This document shows, piece after piece, positions 45,402-57,647 of a stretch of 64,000 nucleotides of DNA; the first letter of the stretch is position 1; each line of letters begins with the position of its first letter. The DNA is from Spirochaetia bacterium. Lineage in GTDB: Bacteria > Spirochaetota > Spirochaetia > SZUA-6 > Bin103. The notes beneath the pieces are model-generated. The model had not been told where the DNA came from. It saw only the letters and a program-made list of their open reading frames with translations, and ran no database searches. The stretch spans positions 2,126,763 through 2,190,762 of the forward strand of contig CBDAOI010000004.1 of the NCBI GenBank assembly GCA_965198005.1. The letters are read 5' to 3'. Both the position numbers and the translations under genes were made by a program.

Positions 45402-46527
45402 CCGGCGCGCCGGTCAGCGCCACGGTGACCGGCTGGCCGGTGTGGAATCGCCTGCAGGCGGGTACGTGCACCGTGAGTTCGCGCACGGCCGGCAGGTCGT
45501 CGTCCGCCGCGCCGGCTGAATCGTCGACCCTGACCCGCAGTTCGCGGAACTCACCCATGAACCGTTGCGCCTGAATCACGCCGCGCAGCCCGGGCGGGAG
45601 ATGGCCGTTCGCCGAGTCCCCGCCGCTGTCCGTCGCGGCCGCGACCAGCAGTTGTGCGGGCCGCACGGATACCGCCGGCCCGCCGTTCAGCCGGAACGGC
45701 ACGGCATTGGCCAGCCGGCCCAGCGCGCACCGCCACGCCGCACCCACCCGCCGTACCGCGAGCAGATTCGCCGCCCCCAGGTATTCGGCCACGAACGCGT
45801 TGGCGGGCGCGGAGTACAGGCTCTCCGCATCGCCCACCTGCTCGATCCGACCGCGATGCAGCAGCGCGATCCGGTCGGCGACGGTGAACGCTTCGTCGCG
45901 ATCGTGGGTCACGAACACCGCCGTGGTCCGGGTGGCGCGCAGCACTTCGCGCACCTCGTGCAACAGGTGCCCCTTGAGCACCGGATCGAGATTGTTGAAC
46001 GGCTCATCGAACAGCAGCAGCGCCGGCTGCGGTGCCAACGCACGCCCGATCGCGGCCCGTTGCGCCTGACCGCCTGATACCTCGTGCGGATAGCGGTCGC
46101 GCAGGTCGGTGATGCGCATCAACCCGAGCGTGTGCTCGGCCCGCTGTCGCCGCCGCGGCTCGGGCAGGCGCCGCAGGCCGAAGCTGACGTTCTGAAGAAT
46201 CGTGAGGTGCGGCAGCAGCGCGGTCTCCTGAAACACCACTCCCACCGCCCGGTCCTCCGGGGGAACGGACACGCGCCCGCCGGCGACCAGGGTTCCGCCC
46301 AGATGGATGGTGCCGGCGCCGGGCTGATCGAACCCCGCCACCAGCCGCAACAGGGTGGTCTTGCCGCTGCCGCTCTCGCCCAGCAGGGCCAATACCGCCC
46401 CGCGCTCCAGTGCCAGGGAGACGCCGGCCAGAGCCGGACGCGGATTGCCGGCGTACCGCTTGCCGACACCGCTCAACTGCAAGTAGGCCGGTTCCTGTGT
46501 CCCGCGGCCGCGCCCGCCGGTGACCAT
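45361..46527 (-). CDS. ABC transporter ATP-binding protein, Fe3+/polyamine importer type (FbpC/PotA-like) with C-terminal TOBE-like domain
   Basis: Walker A GESGSGKTT, signature VSGGQAQRAAIGRAL, Walker B LLFDEPF. The 3' end overlaps the convergent ferritin gene by 41 nt. Confidence 0.85.
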   Translation of the reverse strand: MVTGGRGRGTQEPAYLQLSGVGKRYAGNPRPALAGVSLALERGAVLALLGESGSGKTTLLRLVAGFDQPGAGTIHLGGTLVAGGRVSVPPEDRAVGVVFQETALLPHLTILQNVSFGLRRLPEPRRRQRAEHTLGLMRITDLRDRYPHEVSGGQAQRAAIGRALAPQPALLLFDEPFNNLDPVLKGHLLHEVREVLRATRTTAVFVTHDRDEAFTVADRIALLHRGRIEQVGDAESLYSAPANAFVAEYLGAANLLAVRRVGAAWRCALGRLANAVPFRLNGGPAVSVRPAQLLVAAATDSGGDSANGHLPPGLRGVIQAQRFMGEFRELRVRVDDSAGAADDDLPAVRELTVHVPACRRFHTGQPVTVALTGAPVSRPAAPRPGPGS

Positions 46528-46540
46528 ACGCCGGCGCCGG

Positions 46541-48283
46541 TTACGCCGCGGCCGCCGGCTCGGCCGTTCCCAGCCGCACCAACGCGTGCTGCCGCCGCGT
46601 GGTGGCGAGCCGCTGCAGCACGATCACCGGCAGCACGCCGATCGCCACGATCAACAATGCCAGCACCGCGGACTCGGCCACCATCTCGTTGCTCGCCAGC
46701 CGGAATACCCGCGTCGCCAGGGTCTCCAGATTGAACGGGCGCAGGATCATGGTCAGCGGCAATTCCTTGAGCATGTCCACCACCAGCAGCACCGCGGCGC
46801 TGATCAGGGCCGGCCGCAGGTTGGGGATCCCCACCCGCAGCAGGGCTTGGCGCGGGCGCAGGCCGGACGCGCGCGCCACCTCGTCGAAACGGGTCGTCAC
46901 GCGGCAGAAGCCGGAGTCGATGGTGTGGTAGCCCACGGCAAAGAAGCGCACCACGTAGGCCGCCAACAGCGCGGCCACGCCGCCGGTGATGATCAGTCCC
47001 GGCGACATTCCGAACAGCCAGCGGGCAGCCGCGATCAGGCGGTGATCGACCCACGTATAGGCGGTCGCGATGCCGACGGCGAGCACCGCGGCCGGAATCG
47101 CGTAGCCGACCGTGGCGAGCCGCGCCATCGACGAAACCCAGGGCCCGGACCGCAGGCGCGCCGCGTACGCCACCGTTACCGCCAGGACGATGATCATCAG
47201 CGCGGCGCCGGCGGCCAGACCGACGCTGGCGCCCAGCGCAGCGAGCGTCTGCGGGCGCAACAACTGCCCGGGGGCCGCCGCCGCCCACCAGAAGAGCTGC
47301 GCGACCGGCACCGCGAATCCCAGCAGCACCGGGGCGGCGCACGCCAGCGTGGCGCCGGCGGCCGCCCGCCCGCGCAGCCGTTGGCGCAGCAACGGCCGTT
47401 CCACCAGGCCGGGGGCGTGGTACCGGGCCCGGCGCCGCTGCCAGCACTCGCCGAAAACGATCAGTCCCACCACCAGCAGCAGCACCGCGGACAGGGCCAG
47501 CGCGGCCTGCACGTTGCCCAGCGCAAACCAGGCGCGAAAGATGCCGATGGTGAGGGTGTCCACCCCGAAGTAGTGCGCGGCACCGAACTCGCCCAGCGTC
47601 TCCATCGCGACCAGCATCACGCCGGCGACGATGGCCGGCCGCGCCAGCGGCAGCACCGCCCCGAAGAAGGTGCCGGTGGCCGAGTAGCCCGCGCCGCGCG
47701 CCAGCTCCAGCAACGCCGCGCTCTGGCGCGCGAACACCGCGCGCGCGGTGAGGTACACGTACGGGTAGACGGTGAACGCGAGCACGCAGCTCAACCCGAC
47801 CGGATTCTGGATATCCACGGTCGGGTAGGTTCCCGGAGCCAGCTTCAGGGTGTTGCGCAGGAACAACTGAACCGGTCCGGTGAAGTCGACCAGCCCCACG
47901 TACGCGAACGCCGCGATGTAGGTGGGCAGCGCCAGCGGCAGCACCAGCAGCCAGCTCAGCGCCGCACGCCCCGGGAACTGGAACGCGGTCGTCAGCCACG
48001 CCGTCGCCACGCCGATCAGCCCGGCCAGCGCGGCTACCACCACCACCAGCGTCACCGTGTTGAACAGGTAGCGCAGCAGCACCGTCTGCGCCAAGTGGCG
48101 GACTTCCTCGCCGCCCAGGGCAGTCACGTGCGCCGCCACCACCAGCAGGGGAACGCCGATCAGCCCGGCCAGGAGCGCCGGGCCGAACAACCACACGCGT
48201 GAACTGGCCCGCTGCGGGACCAGGCGCCGGGCCACGGAGCGCACTGCCGCGACGCCCGACACGGCCGAAAACGTTCTAATCAT
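46541..48283 (-). CDS. iron(III) ABC transporter permease (FbpB-like, duplicated BPD domain)
   Basis: Two tandem six-TM domains, each with an EAA-like loop. Length 580 aa. Confidence 0.85.
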   Translation of the reverse strand: MIRTFSAVSGVAAVRSVARRLVPQRASSRVWLFGPALLAGLIGVPLLVVAAHVTALGGEEVRHLAQTVLLRYLFNTVTLVVVVAALAGLIGVATAWLTTAFQFPGRAALSWLLVLPLALPTYIAAFAYVGLVDFTGPVQLFLRNTLKLAPGTYPTVDIQNPVGLSCVLAFTVYPYVYLTARAVFARQSAALLELARGAGYSATGTFFGAVLPLARPAIVAGVMLVAMETLGEFGAAHYFGVDTLTIGIFRAWFALGNVQAALALSAVLLLVVGLIVFGECWQRRRARYHAPGLVERPLLRQRLRGRAAAGATLACAAPVLLGFAVPVAQLFWWAAAAPGQLLRPQTLAALGASVGLAAGAALMIIVLAVTVAYAARLRSGPWVSSMARLATVGYAIPAAVLAVGIATAYTWVDHRLIAAARWLFGMSPGLIITGGVAALLAAYVVRFFAVGYHTIDSGFCRVTTRFDEVARASGLRPRQALLRVGIPNLRPALISAAVLLVVDMLKELPLTMILRPFNLETLATRVFRLASNEMVAESAVLALLIVAIGVLPVIVLQRLATTRRQHALVRLGTAEPAAAA

Positions 48284-48419
48284 CCGAATTCATCCAAATT
48301 CATCCGAATCCTGGTGAATAGTCATGAAGATGGATTAACTATGTCAAGTCCAATGAATAAGTCGAACGGATATTTATCGAATTTATCGAATTTATCGGCT
48401 GTTGGTGGCTCTCCCGGCC
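48284..48419. promoter_or_regulatory. AT-rich promoter/operator region with two sets of short tandem repeats upstream of the iron ABC operon
   Basis: CATCCGAATTCATCCAAATTCATCCGAAT at 48283-48312 and ATTTATCGAATTTATCGAATTTATCGG at 48380-48406 (coordinates approximate). The minus strand reads GATAAATTCGATAAATTCGATAAAT, which resembles Fur-box hexamers. Confidence 0.45.
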
Positions 48420-50150
48420 TCAGTAGCTGGTCAATGGGCTGGTAACGTCCTTGAACGACACGCGGAACGAGGTGACCACGTCGATCACCGTCGTGACCGT
48501 TGCCGGTAGCGCCGTGGCCAGAGCTTCCGCCAACTGGTCCGGTGTTTCGACCCGGATCCCGTTGCACCCCATCGACCGGGCGATCGCGGCGAAGTCCATC
48601 GGGGCGAAGTCGCTCGCGATGACCCGTTCGCTCTGGCCGTGCTTGACCCAGCCGAGCGCGCTGTTGTTCAGCACCACCACGGTAATCGGGATATCCTCGT
48701 CGCGCGAGGTCAGCAGGCCGTTCATACCCATCCCGAAGCCGCCGTCTCCGGTAACTGCGACCACCTGCCGCCCAGGATGGACCAACTTGGCAGCCATTGC
48801 CGCGGGCAGCGAGTAGCCCATCGCGCCGATGCCCGGCATGATCAGCGACCCCGCGCTCTTGGTGCGGAAGAAGTGGGTCATGAACAACCGGTTCTCGCCC
48901 GCGTCGCAGGTAATGAAGGCATCGTCGGCGATCGCCCGGTGGATTTCGGCGAACACCCGCTGCGGCAGGATCGGAAGCTCGTCCGATTCGTATTCCGGAT
49001 CGGCAAACAACCCGTCGGCGCGGCGGGTTTCGTCCGCCGCCGCCTGGCGGGTGGCGCGCACTGCGGCGGACGGCGCGCCCGCCCGCGTCACCGCCTCGGC
49101 AAGCTGCGCCAGCACCAGCGCGGCGTCCCCGACCACGCCCTGATCGCAGGGGAACGACCAGCCCACGTTCTTGGGCTCGACGTCGACCTGAACCAGCGTC
49201 TGCCGGCTGGGATCGAGCAGCGCAGGGTTCTCATTGGCGGTGTCGGCGGGACCGAGCCGGGTGCCGACCGCAAGCACCAGATCCGCGTTGCCGATCACGG
49301 TGTTCGCCGCCGTCTGCCCGAAGTTGCCGAACACGCCCAGCGCCAGCGGATGGGTCTCGGGAAACACCCCCTTGCCGGAAGCGGTGGTGGCCACCGGCGC
49401 GGCGAGCAGCTCCGCCAGGGCGGCGAGCTCGGCATACGCCTGACTGACACGCACGCCGTTGCCGGCGATCACGACCGGCCGCTGGGCGGCCGCCAGCAAG
49501 GACGCCGCCGCCTCGACCTGTCCCGGGTCGGCCTGGGTCTTCGCCGGCAGATAGGCGGCGGTCGGATAGAGCGCCGGCCGACTGTCCGGGCCGACCGTGC
49601 CGCCCAGGGCCGCGCTGTGATAGATCACCCCGACCGGGCCGCGTTCCCCGCTCAGCGCGTGCTTGATGGCGAGCTGGGTGACGTGCACCGCCTCGACCGG
49701 GGTATAGGCGACGGCAGTGTGCTTGGTGACGCCGTCCAGCGCCTTTCTGGTGTCGAACGAGCCGTAATCGCCGGTGCCGCCCTGGTAGGGAGAGTGCTGC
49801 GTGAACGGCGCCTGATCGGAGAGATCCGTCAGCAGCAGCATGGGTGAGCTGCCCATGTGCGCCTCCAGGGTGCCCAGCAGAGCGTTGGCCAGAATGAAGG
49901 CCCCCTGCCCTATCGCGACGCCCGGCTTGCCGGTCAGGCGGCCGTACACCTCGGCCATGACGCTGGCCAGCTGCTCATGCCGCACCAGCACCGCACGAAT
50001 CGACGACCGGTGATCGTACAGCGCATCATAGATGCTCCCGGTGTTGCCCCCGATGATCCCGAATACCATATCGATGCCGGCGCCCTGCAGCGCGCGCACG
50101 ATCCCCTCGACCGAACGAACCTCTTCCTGTAACAGCTTCTGTGTTGCCAC
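48420..50150 (-). CDS. thiamine pyrophosphate-dependent enzyme (acetolactate synthase large-subunit-like)
   Basis: N-terminal TPP PYR domain, central domain, C-terminal PP domain with GDG-N-N motif (VTGDGGFGMG...NN). Confidence 0.85.
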   Translation of the reverse strand: MATQKLLQEEVRSVEGIVRALQGAGIDMVFGIIGGNTGSIYDALYDHRSSIRAVLVRHEQLASVMAEVYGRLTGKPGVAIGQGAFILANALLGTLEAHMGSSPMLLLTDLSDQAPFTQHSPYQGGTGDYGSFDTRKALDGVTKHTAVAYTPVEAVHVTQLAIKHALSGERGPVGVIYHSAALGGTVGPDSRPALYPTAAYLPAKTQADPGQVEAAASLLAAAQRPVVIAGNGVRVSQAYAELAALAELLAAPVATTASGKGVFPETHPLALGVFGNFGQTAANTVIGNADLVLAVGTRLGPADTANENPALLDPSRQTLVQVDVEPKNVGWSFPCDQGVVGDAALVLAQLAEAVTRAGAPSAAVRATRQAAADETRRADGLFADPEYESDELPILPQRVFAEIHRAIADDAFITCDAGENRLFMTHFFRTKSAGSLIMPGIGAMGYSLPAAMAAKLVHPGRQVVAVTGDGGFGMGMNGLLTSRDEDIPITVVVLNNSALGWVKHGQSERVIASDFAPMDFAAIARSMGCNGIRVETPDQLAEALATALPATVTTVIDVVTSFRVSFKDVTSPLTSY

Positions 50151-50203
50151 CCTACCCTTCCTGTTGCGAATTATTGCGTCACGCTATATCAAATTGTCGA
50201 CTT

Positions 50204-50234
50204 GGTAAACCGGGTGGCTCCAGTATGGTTTACC
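50204..50234. promoter_or_regulatory. inverted repeat GGTAAACC-N15-GGTTTACC in the divergent promoter region
   Basis: Read directly in the reduced-GC spacer between the TPP-enzyme gene and the nuclease-helicase gene. A second inverted repeat CTATCG-N13-CGATAG lies at about 50236-50260. Confidence 0.35.
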
Positions 50235-50327
50235 TATCGATCCCGCAGCCGGCGATAGACTTCGAGACGCACTGCAACGCATAATGACAACCATGTCGTT
50301 CATGCTGCCCCCGCGTTCGTTGGCAAC

Positions 50328-53795
<3,468 letters not shown>

Positions 53796-53860
53796 GCCGC
53801 AAGCGACGTTCCGCCGCCCCCGCGGAAGAAAGGGGGAGCGGAGCCGTCGGAGAGGTGTAC

Positions 53861-54082
53861 GTGAGCGCAGAGCTGATCGGAATAATTGCCGCGCCGATCG
53901 TCCTCGGTACCGCCATGCTCGCGTCGATACGCAGCGTCCGCCACGACGTGCGCGGCGTCCGCGACGAGCTACGAGGCGAGATTCACGGCCTCCGCAACGA
54001 AATGAACTCCTTCCTATCCCATTTGCGTCGTTATTCTCCGCGCCAGATGGTCGAAGTCTTCATGGCACTTCTGTCGAATTGA
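53861..54082 (+). CDS. small hypothetical membrane-anchored protein (questionable)
   Basis: GTG start after GGAGAGG. It overlaps the 3' end of the convergent DUF4276 gene by 69 nt, so it may be spurious. Confidence 0.2.
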   Translation: MSAELIGIIAAPIVLGTAMLASIRSVRHDVRGVRDELRGEIHGLRNEMNSFLSHLRRYSPRQMVEVFMALLSN

Positions 54083-54580
54083 GGCTACTCTCCGAGAGGC
54101 CTCCTCTCCCAACGGACCACGTCCACGGCCCGGATCATTGGCCACACCCCGTTCTCGAGCAAGCACGGCAAAGTATCGCTCCTTCACGGATACTTCACTG
54201 CGGACGTCGGACCACCTCCAGTCGCTAGGGAGATCAAGACCGGCGAGGACCCAGGTTTCCAACTCCTCCCACGCATTTTCGGCAAGGAACCGTCGGGGCA
54301 GGTTACCGAACTCTTTTTCGATTTGGTCGAGACGCCGGCGCCGCGAAGCAACACCGTCCCGGTCAACGCACAGGATGAACAGATCGGTCATCCCATCATA
54401 CTGTTCGACGATTTCCGCCACCCGTTCTGACTTCAACGCCTCATCAACGCCTCCAAGCAACGGATCCGTGCACACCGTGACGGTCGCCCGCACACTCAGA
54501 GATCGGAACAACCGCTGGAAAAGAGGCCTGAGAATATACTGATCATTCCGAAAGTCCTCAGGAATAATGAGGACGTTCAT
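54014..54580 (-). CDS. DUF4276/RloB-like TOPRIM-fold protein (AbiLii/AriB-like partner of the adjacent ATPase)
   Basis: N-terminal IIPED (TOPRIM Glu), LFILCVDRDGV (DxD) and the E.W..LA motif typical of the RloB/DUF4276 family. The start overlaps the ATPase stop (ATGA). Lower GC than the genome. Confidence 0.6.
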   Translation of the reverse strand: MNVLIIPEDFRNDQYILRPLFQRLFRSLSVRATVTVCTDPLLGGVDEALKSERVAEIVEQYDGMTDLFILCVDRDGVASRRRRLDQIEKEFGNLPRRFLAENAWEELETWVLAGLDLPSDWRWSDVRSEVSVKERYFAVLARERGVANDPGRGRGPLGEEASRRVASIRQKCHEDFDHLARRITTQMG

Positions 54581-55851
54581 CTAGAGTTTTCTCCATCCTT
54601 GCTCAGGTCGAACAGGACCGCGTTCTCCATCCAGCCGGACCGGTGGAGCCGTCCCAGTCCCTGCGACCGGCGTAACTTGACGGCGTTGGGTAACTTCGAG
54701 ACCGGAAGTACCACGGCATCGTCGGTATCCGGACGCCGGCACACAACGGACGTGTTCTCGAACGTGTCGGTGCCCACCAGTTCGATCAGGTCGGGTGAAT
54801 GGGTAGTGGTAACCACCTGGTACTCGCCGTTTGAAGTCTGGCCTTCGATCAGGTCGATCAGTAACTGCTGACGTGACGGATGAATCCCGTTATCGATCTC
54901 TTCGAACACGTAGAGGCCGGCCGGATTGGTCCCGAGCAGGGCCGCCAGCATCGCGAGAAAGCGCAGCGTCCCATCCGATGCGGAATAGGCGGACACCCTG
55001 TTGCCGTTCCGTTCGCAAAAGACGAGCTGGACGTGCCCGGTAGTCGGATCGGTCGGAAACTCGAAGTCGTGCACGTCCATCGGCGTCAGGGCTCGGGTCC
55101 ATTCCGCCAGTGTGATCTTGCGCCGTTCGTCCGTGCAAATCTCTTTCAGTACGGTAGACAGATTCCCACCGCTATCGCCCAGTACGGTCTGGCCTGGAAA
55201 CGCGGGTTGCCTCATACTGTTTGGCGACAAATCCAAGAAACGCATGTCGGCAAGGATCTTCATGACCCGCTCCGCCCATATCTTATGGAGCCTTACAACA
55301 CGTTTGTGTTCTCCAATCTGTGCCAGCGCCGGCTGGTCCGACCGCACCGCGATTCGGTGGCCGTATTTTTTCTGCTCTCCGGTCTTTGCCATGCGAAGCA
55401 GGAGATGGTTTTCGTGATCCTGATCGTGAACCGGATCGTACTTTCCGGGATGGCTCGTGTAAATCGGAGATCCGGCTAATTTCAGTTGTTCCGCGATTAC
55501 CTTGAATGATCCGGATTCTGCTCTGTCCATCCGAACCACGATCACGTAGGTCACCGTACTGCCATTCAGGGCAAGTCTCAACGACAGAGTGAATTGGGAG
55601 TGGCCGAAGCGCACCAGTTCCCTGGCCGTGCCTCGAATCTGCTCCCACTCAACGTGACCGCCGGCCCCGTACTTACCGCCAATGATGTCGGCCAGAGTGT
55701 ACCCTCGCCCAATGCCGTGCAGGAATCTGAACGCGTCACGGAGGTTGCTCTTGCCGCTCGCGTTGGCGCCCACGATCACGGTGAACGGGCCCATGCGTAC
55801 CGTTGCGTCGGGAAAGTTTTTGAAGTTGATCAGACGAAGCGCAGTGATCAT
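54577..55851 (-). CDS. AAA family ATPase (ABC/SMC-like, AAA_15/21; AbiLi/AriA/OLD-ATPase-like)
   Basis: MITALRLINFKNF start, Walker A GANASGKSN, Walker B/D-loop LYVFEEIDNGIHP, H-loop TTHSP. GC is about 55-58%. Start set at ATG 55851, not the TTG at 55917 used by the ORF caller. A TATAAT lies at 55900-55905. Confidence 0.8.
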   Translation of the reverse strand: MITALRLINFKNFPDATVRMGPFTVIVGANASGKSNLRDAFRFLHGIGRGYTLADIIGGKYGAGGHVEWEQIRGTARELVRFGHSQFTLSLRLALNGSTVTYVIVVRMDRAESGSFKVIAEQLKLAGSPIYTSHPGKYDPVHDQDHENHLLLRMAKTGEQKKYGHRIAVRSDQPALAQIGEHKRVVRLHKIWAERVMKILADMRFLDLSPNSMRQPAFPGQTVLGDSGGNLSTVLKEICTDERRKITLAEWTRALTPMDVHDFEFPTDPTTGHVQLVFCERNGNRVSAYSASDGTLRFLAMLAALLGTNPAGLYVFEEIDNGIHPSRQQLLIDLIEGQTSNGEYQVVTTTHSPDLIELVGTDTFENTSVVCRRPDTDDAVVLPVSKLPNAVKLRRSQGLGRLHRSGWMENAVLFDLSKDGENSR

Positions 55852-55957
55852 GGGCGTCGGTGCGGGTGCGTCGGCGGCATACCGGAAGTCATGGCGCAGA
55901 TTATACCGTAAGGCCAACCAACTAGTCTGGCAACGGCACCGTCGAGGTGGACGGGCG

Positions 55958-57613
55958 TCAGCCTTCGGCTTTCCCCAGCAGCTTCGCCTCTTCCTTCTTG
56001 ATCTCGTCCATCAGCACGACCAGGTCGAGGACGTCATGGCTCGCTACGGTACCCAGGAACGCACCCGATTTCCGGTCGGTGACCGGGATCACGCCCAGCG
56101 AGTTGGCCGCCATCCGTTCCAGCACGTCGACGATATACTCGTCCGGCCAGGCCCACGGCAGGTTCAGCCGGAGCGCGTCGCGCAACGGCGTGGCCGCCCA
56201 TGAATCGTGGGGAATGGCGCGCAGCCGGGCCAGGGATACGACTCCCGCCACCTCGCCCTCGCTGACCACCACGTAGTCCTGCTGATCGGGCATCAGCCAG
56301 TCGTCCATGAAGCCCTGCACCGACAGGGACGCCTCCGGATAGGGCCGCGTCCGGTCCAGCACGCTGCTGACCTTGACGCCGTCGAGGGCGTAGCGGGCGT
56401 AGGACGGCGTGACCACCGGCGCCGGCACGGCTCGATCCGCCGTCCTGGCGCGCTTGACCGTGAAGTCGATCACAGGCGGCATCAACAGGATGTAGCCGAA
56501 CATGATCAGCACGAACAGAGAGAACACGTCCTGCGCAATCACGCCGCTCTCGAGCAGGACCAGCAGCAAGGCGATCTCGGCCACGCCCTTCGACATCAGC
56601 CCCGTTGCCAGCGTGAACGGCGCGTCCAGACGGGTCAGGTAGGTGCTCAGGAATGCGCCGACGAACTTTCCCGCCAGGGGGATCAGCACCAGCGCGACAA
56701 TCGTCGCGGCCGGAATGGAGGTGAACGACAGATCGAACTGCAGGCCCGCCGAGGCGAAGAACAGTGGCACGAACAGGCCCTCGGACGCGCTGCGCATGCC
56801 CGGGATGATGTCCCGCCGCACCCGCTGCGGCATGCCCGACAGGGCGATACCGAACAGCAGGGCGCCGATCGTGCCGTGCAGGCCGATCTTTTCGGCCCCT
56901 ACCACCACCAGAAACAGGCCGCCGATCAGCAGCCCGAACGAGAGTTCCGGCACGTTCAGCAGGCGCTGCAGGAACAGGATCACCGGCGGCAGCACCCGCG
57001 TCGACAGAATCCACATCACGATCACGAAGCCCGCGATCTGCAGCAACAGCACCGGCACGCCGATCAGGCTGAAGTCGTGATGCTCGCCGATGGTGAACCC
57101 CACCACCAGCAGCGCGGTCACCTCCGCAATGATCACGACCGTGAAGATCTTGAGCCCGATCGGCTCCTTGAGATGGCCGCCGTCGGCCAGCACCTTGGCC
57201 ACCAGACCGAGGCTGGACAGCGACAGGATGCCCGCCAGCGCCAACGCCTCCGTGAAGCCGAGGCCGAGCGCGAACTCAAGGCCCAGGGGATCCGAAGTCA
57301 CGATCATGGCGGTCAGCAGCGAGATGACCACCGACACGACGGCGGCCACGAAGTAGCGGCCGCGGATGGTGGCCATGAAGCCCGGCAGGTCGATCTCGTC
57401 AAGACCGATCAGAAAGAACAGCACGAAGATGCCGATGCCGAGAAACAACTGGATCTCGGTAGTCGGCTCGACGATGCCGAGGACCGGGCCGAGCACGACT
57501 CCGGTCACCGTATAGGCCAGGATCGAGCTGAGACCGAACCGGCTCAGCACTCCCTCGACCAGCTTGGCGACGACTATCAGCAGGCCGAGCGGAAGCAGGA
57601 CTTCCAGTAACAT
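55958..57613 (-). CDS. cation:proton antiporter (CPA family Na+/H+ exchanger) with C-terminal CBS domain pair
   Basis: About 11 TM helices of the Na_H_exchanger type, then tandem CBS domains with a terminal KKEEAKLL. Confidence 0.8.
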   Translation of the reverse strand: MLLEVLLPLGLLIVVAKLVEGVLSRFGLSSILAYTVTGVVLGPVLGIVEPTTEIQLFLGIGIFVLFFLIGLDEIDLPGFMATIRGRYFVAAVVSVVISLLTAMIVTSDPLGLEFALGLGFTEALALAGILSLSSLGLVAKVLADGGHLKEPIGLKIFTVVIIAEVTALLVVGFTIGEHHDFSLIGVPVLLLQIAGFVIVMWILSTRVLPPVILFLQRLLNVPELSFGLLIGGLFLVVVGAEKIGLHGTIGALLFGIALSGMPQRVRRDIIPGMRSASEGLFVPLFFASAGLQFDLSFTSIPAATIVALVLIPLAGKFVGAFLSTYLTRLDAPFTLATGLMSKGVAEIALLLVLLESGVIAQDVFSLFVLIMFGYILLMPPVIDFTVKRARTADRAVPAPVVTPSYARYALDGVKVSSVLDRTRPYPEASLSVQGFMDDWLMPDQQDYVVVSEGEVAGVVSLARLRAIPHDSWAATPLRDALRLNLPWAWPDEYIVDVLERMAANSLGVIPVTDRKSGAFLGTVASHDVLDLVVLMDEIKKEEAKLLGKAEG

Positions 57614-57647
57614 CGCGCCTTCACCATAGGATAAAGTGGACGGCGGG

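Noticed and set aside
46520-48202. 560-aa plus-strand ORF
   Set aside because: It is antisense to the iron ABC permease. Gln/Arg/His-rich low-complexity translation.
55852-55917. TTG start for the AAA ATPase as given by the ORF track
   Set aside because: The AAA_15/21 family N-terminus (MITALRLINFKNF) begins at the internal ATG at 55851. The upstream 22 codons contain a perfect TATAAT, which is more plausibly the promoter.
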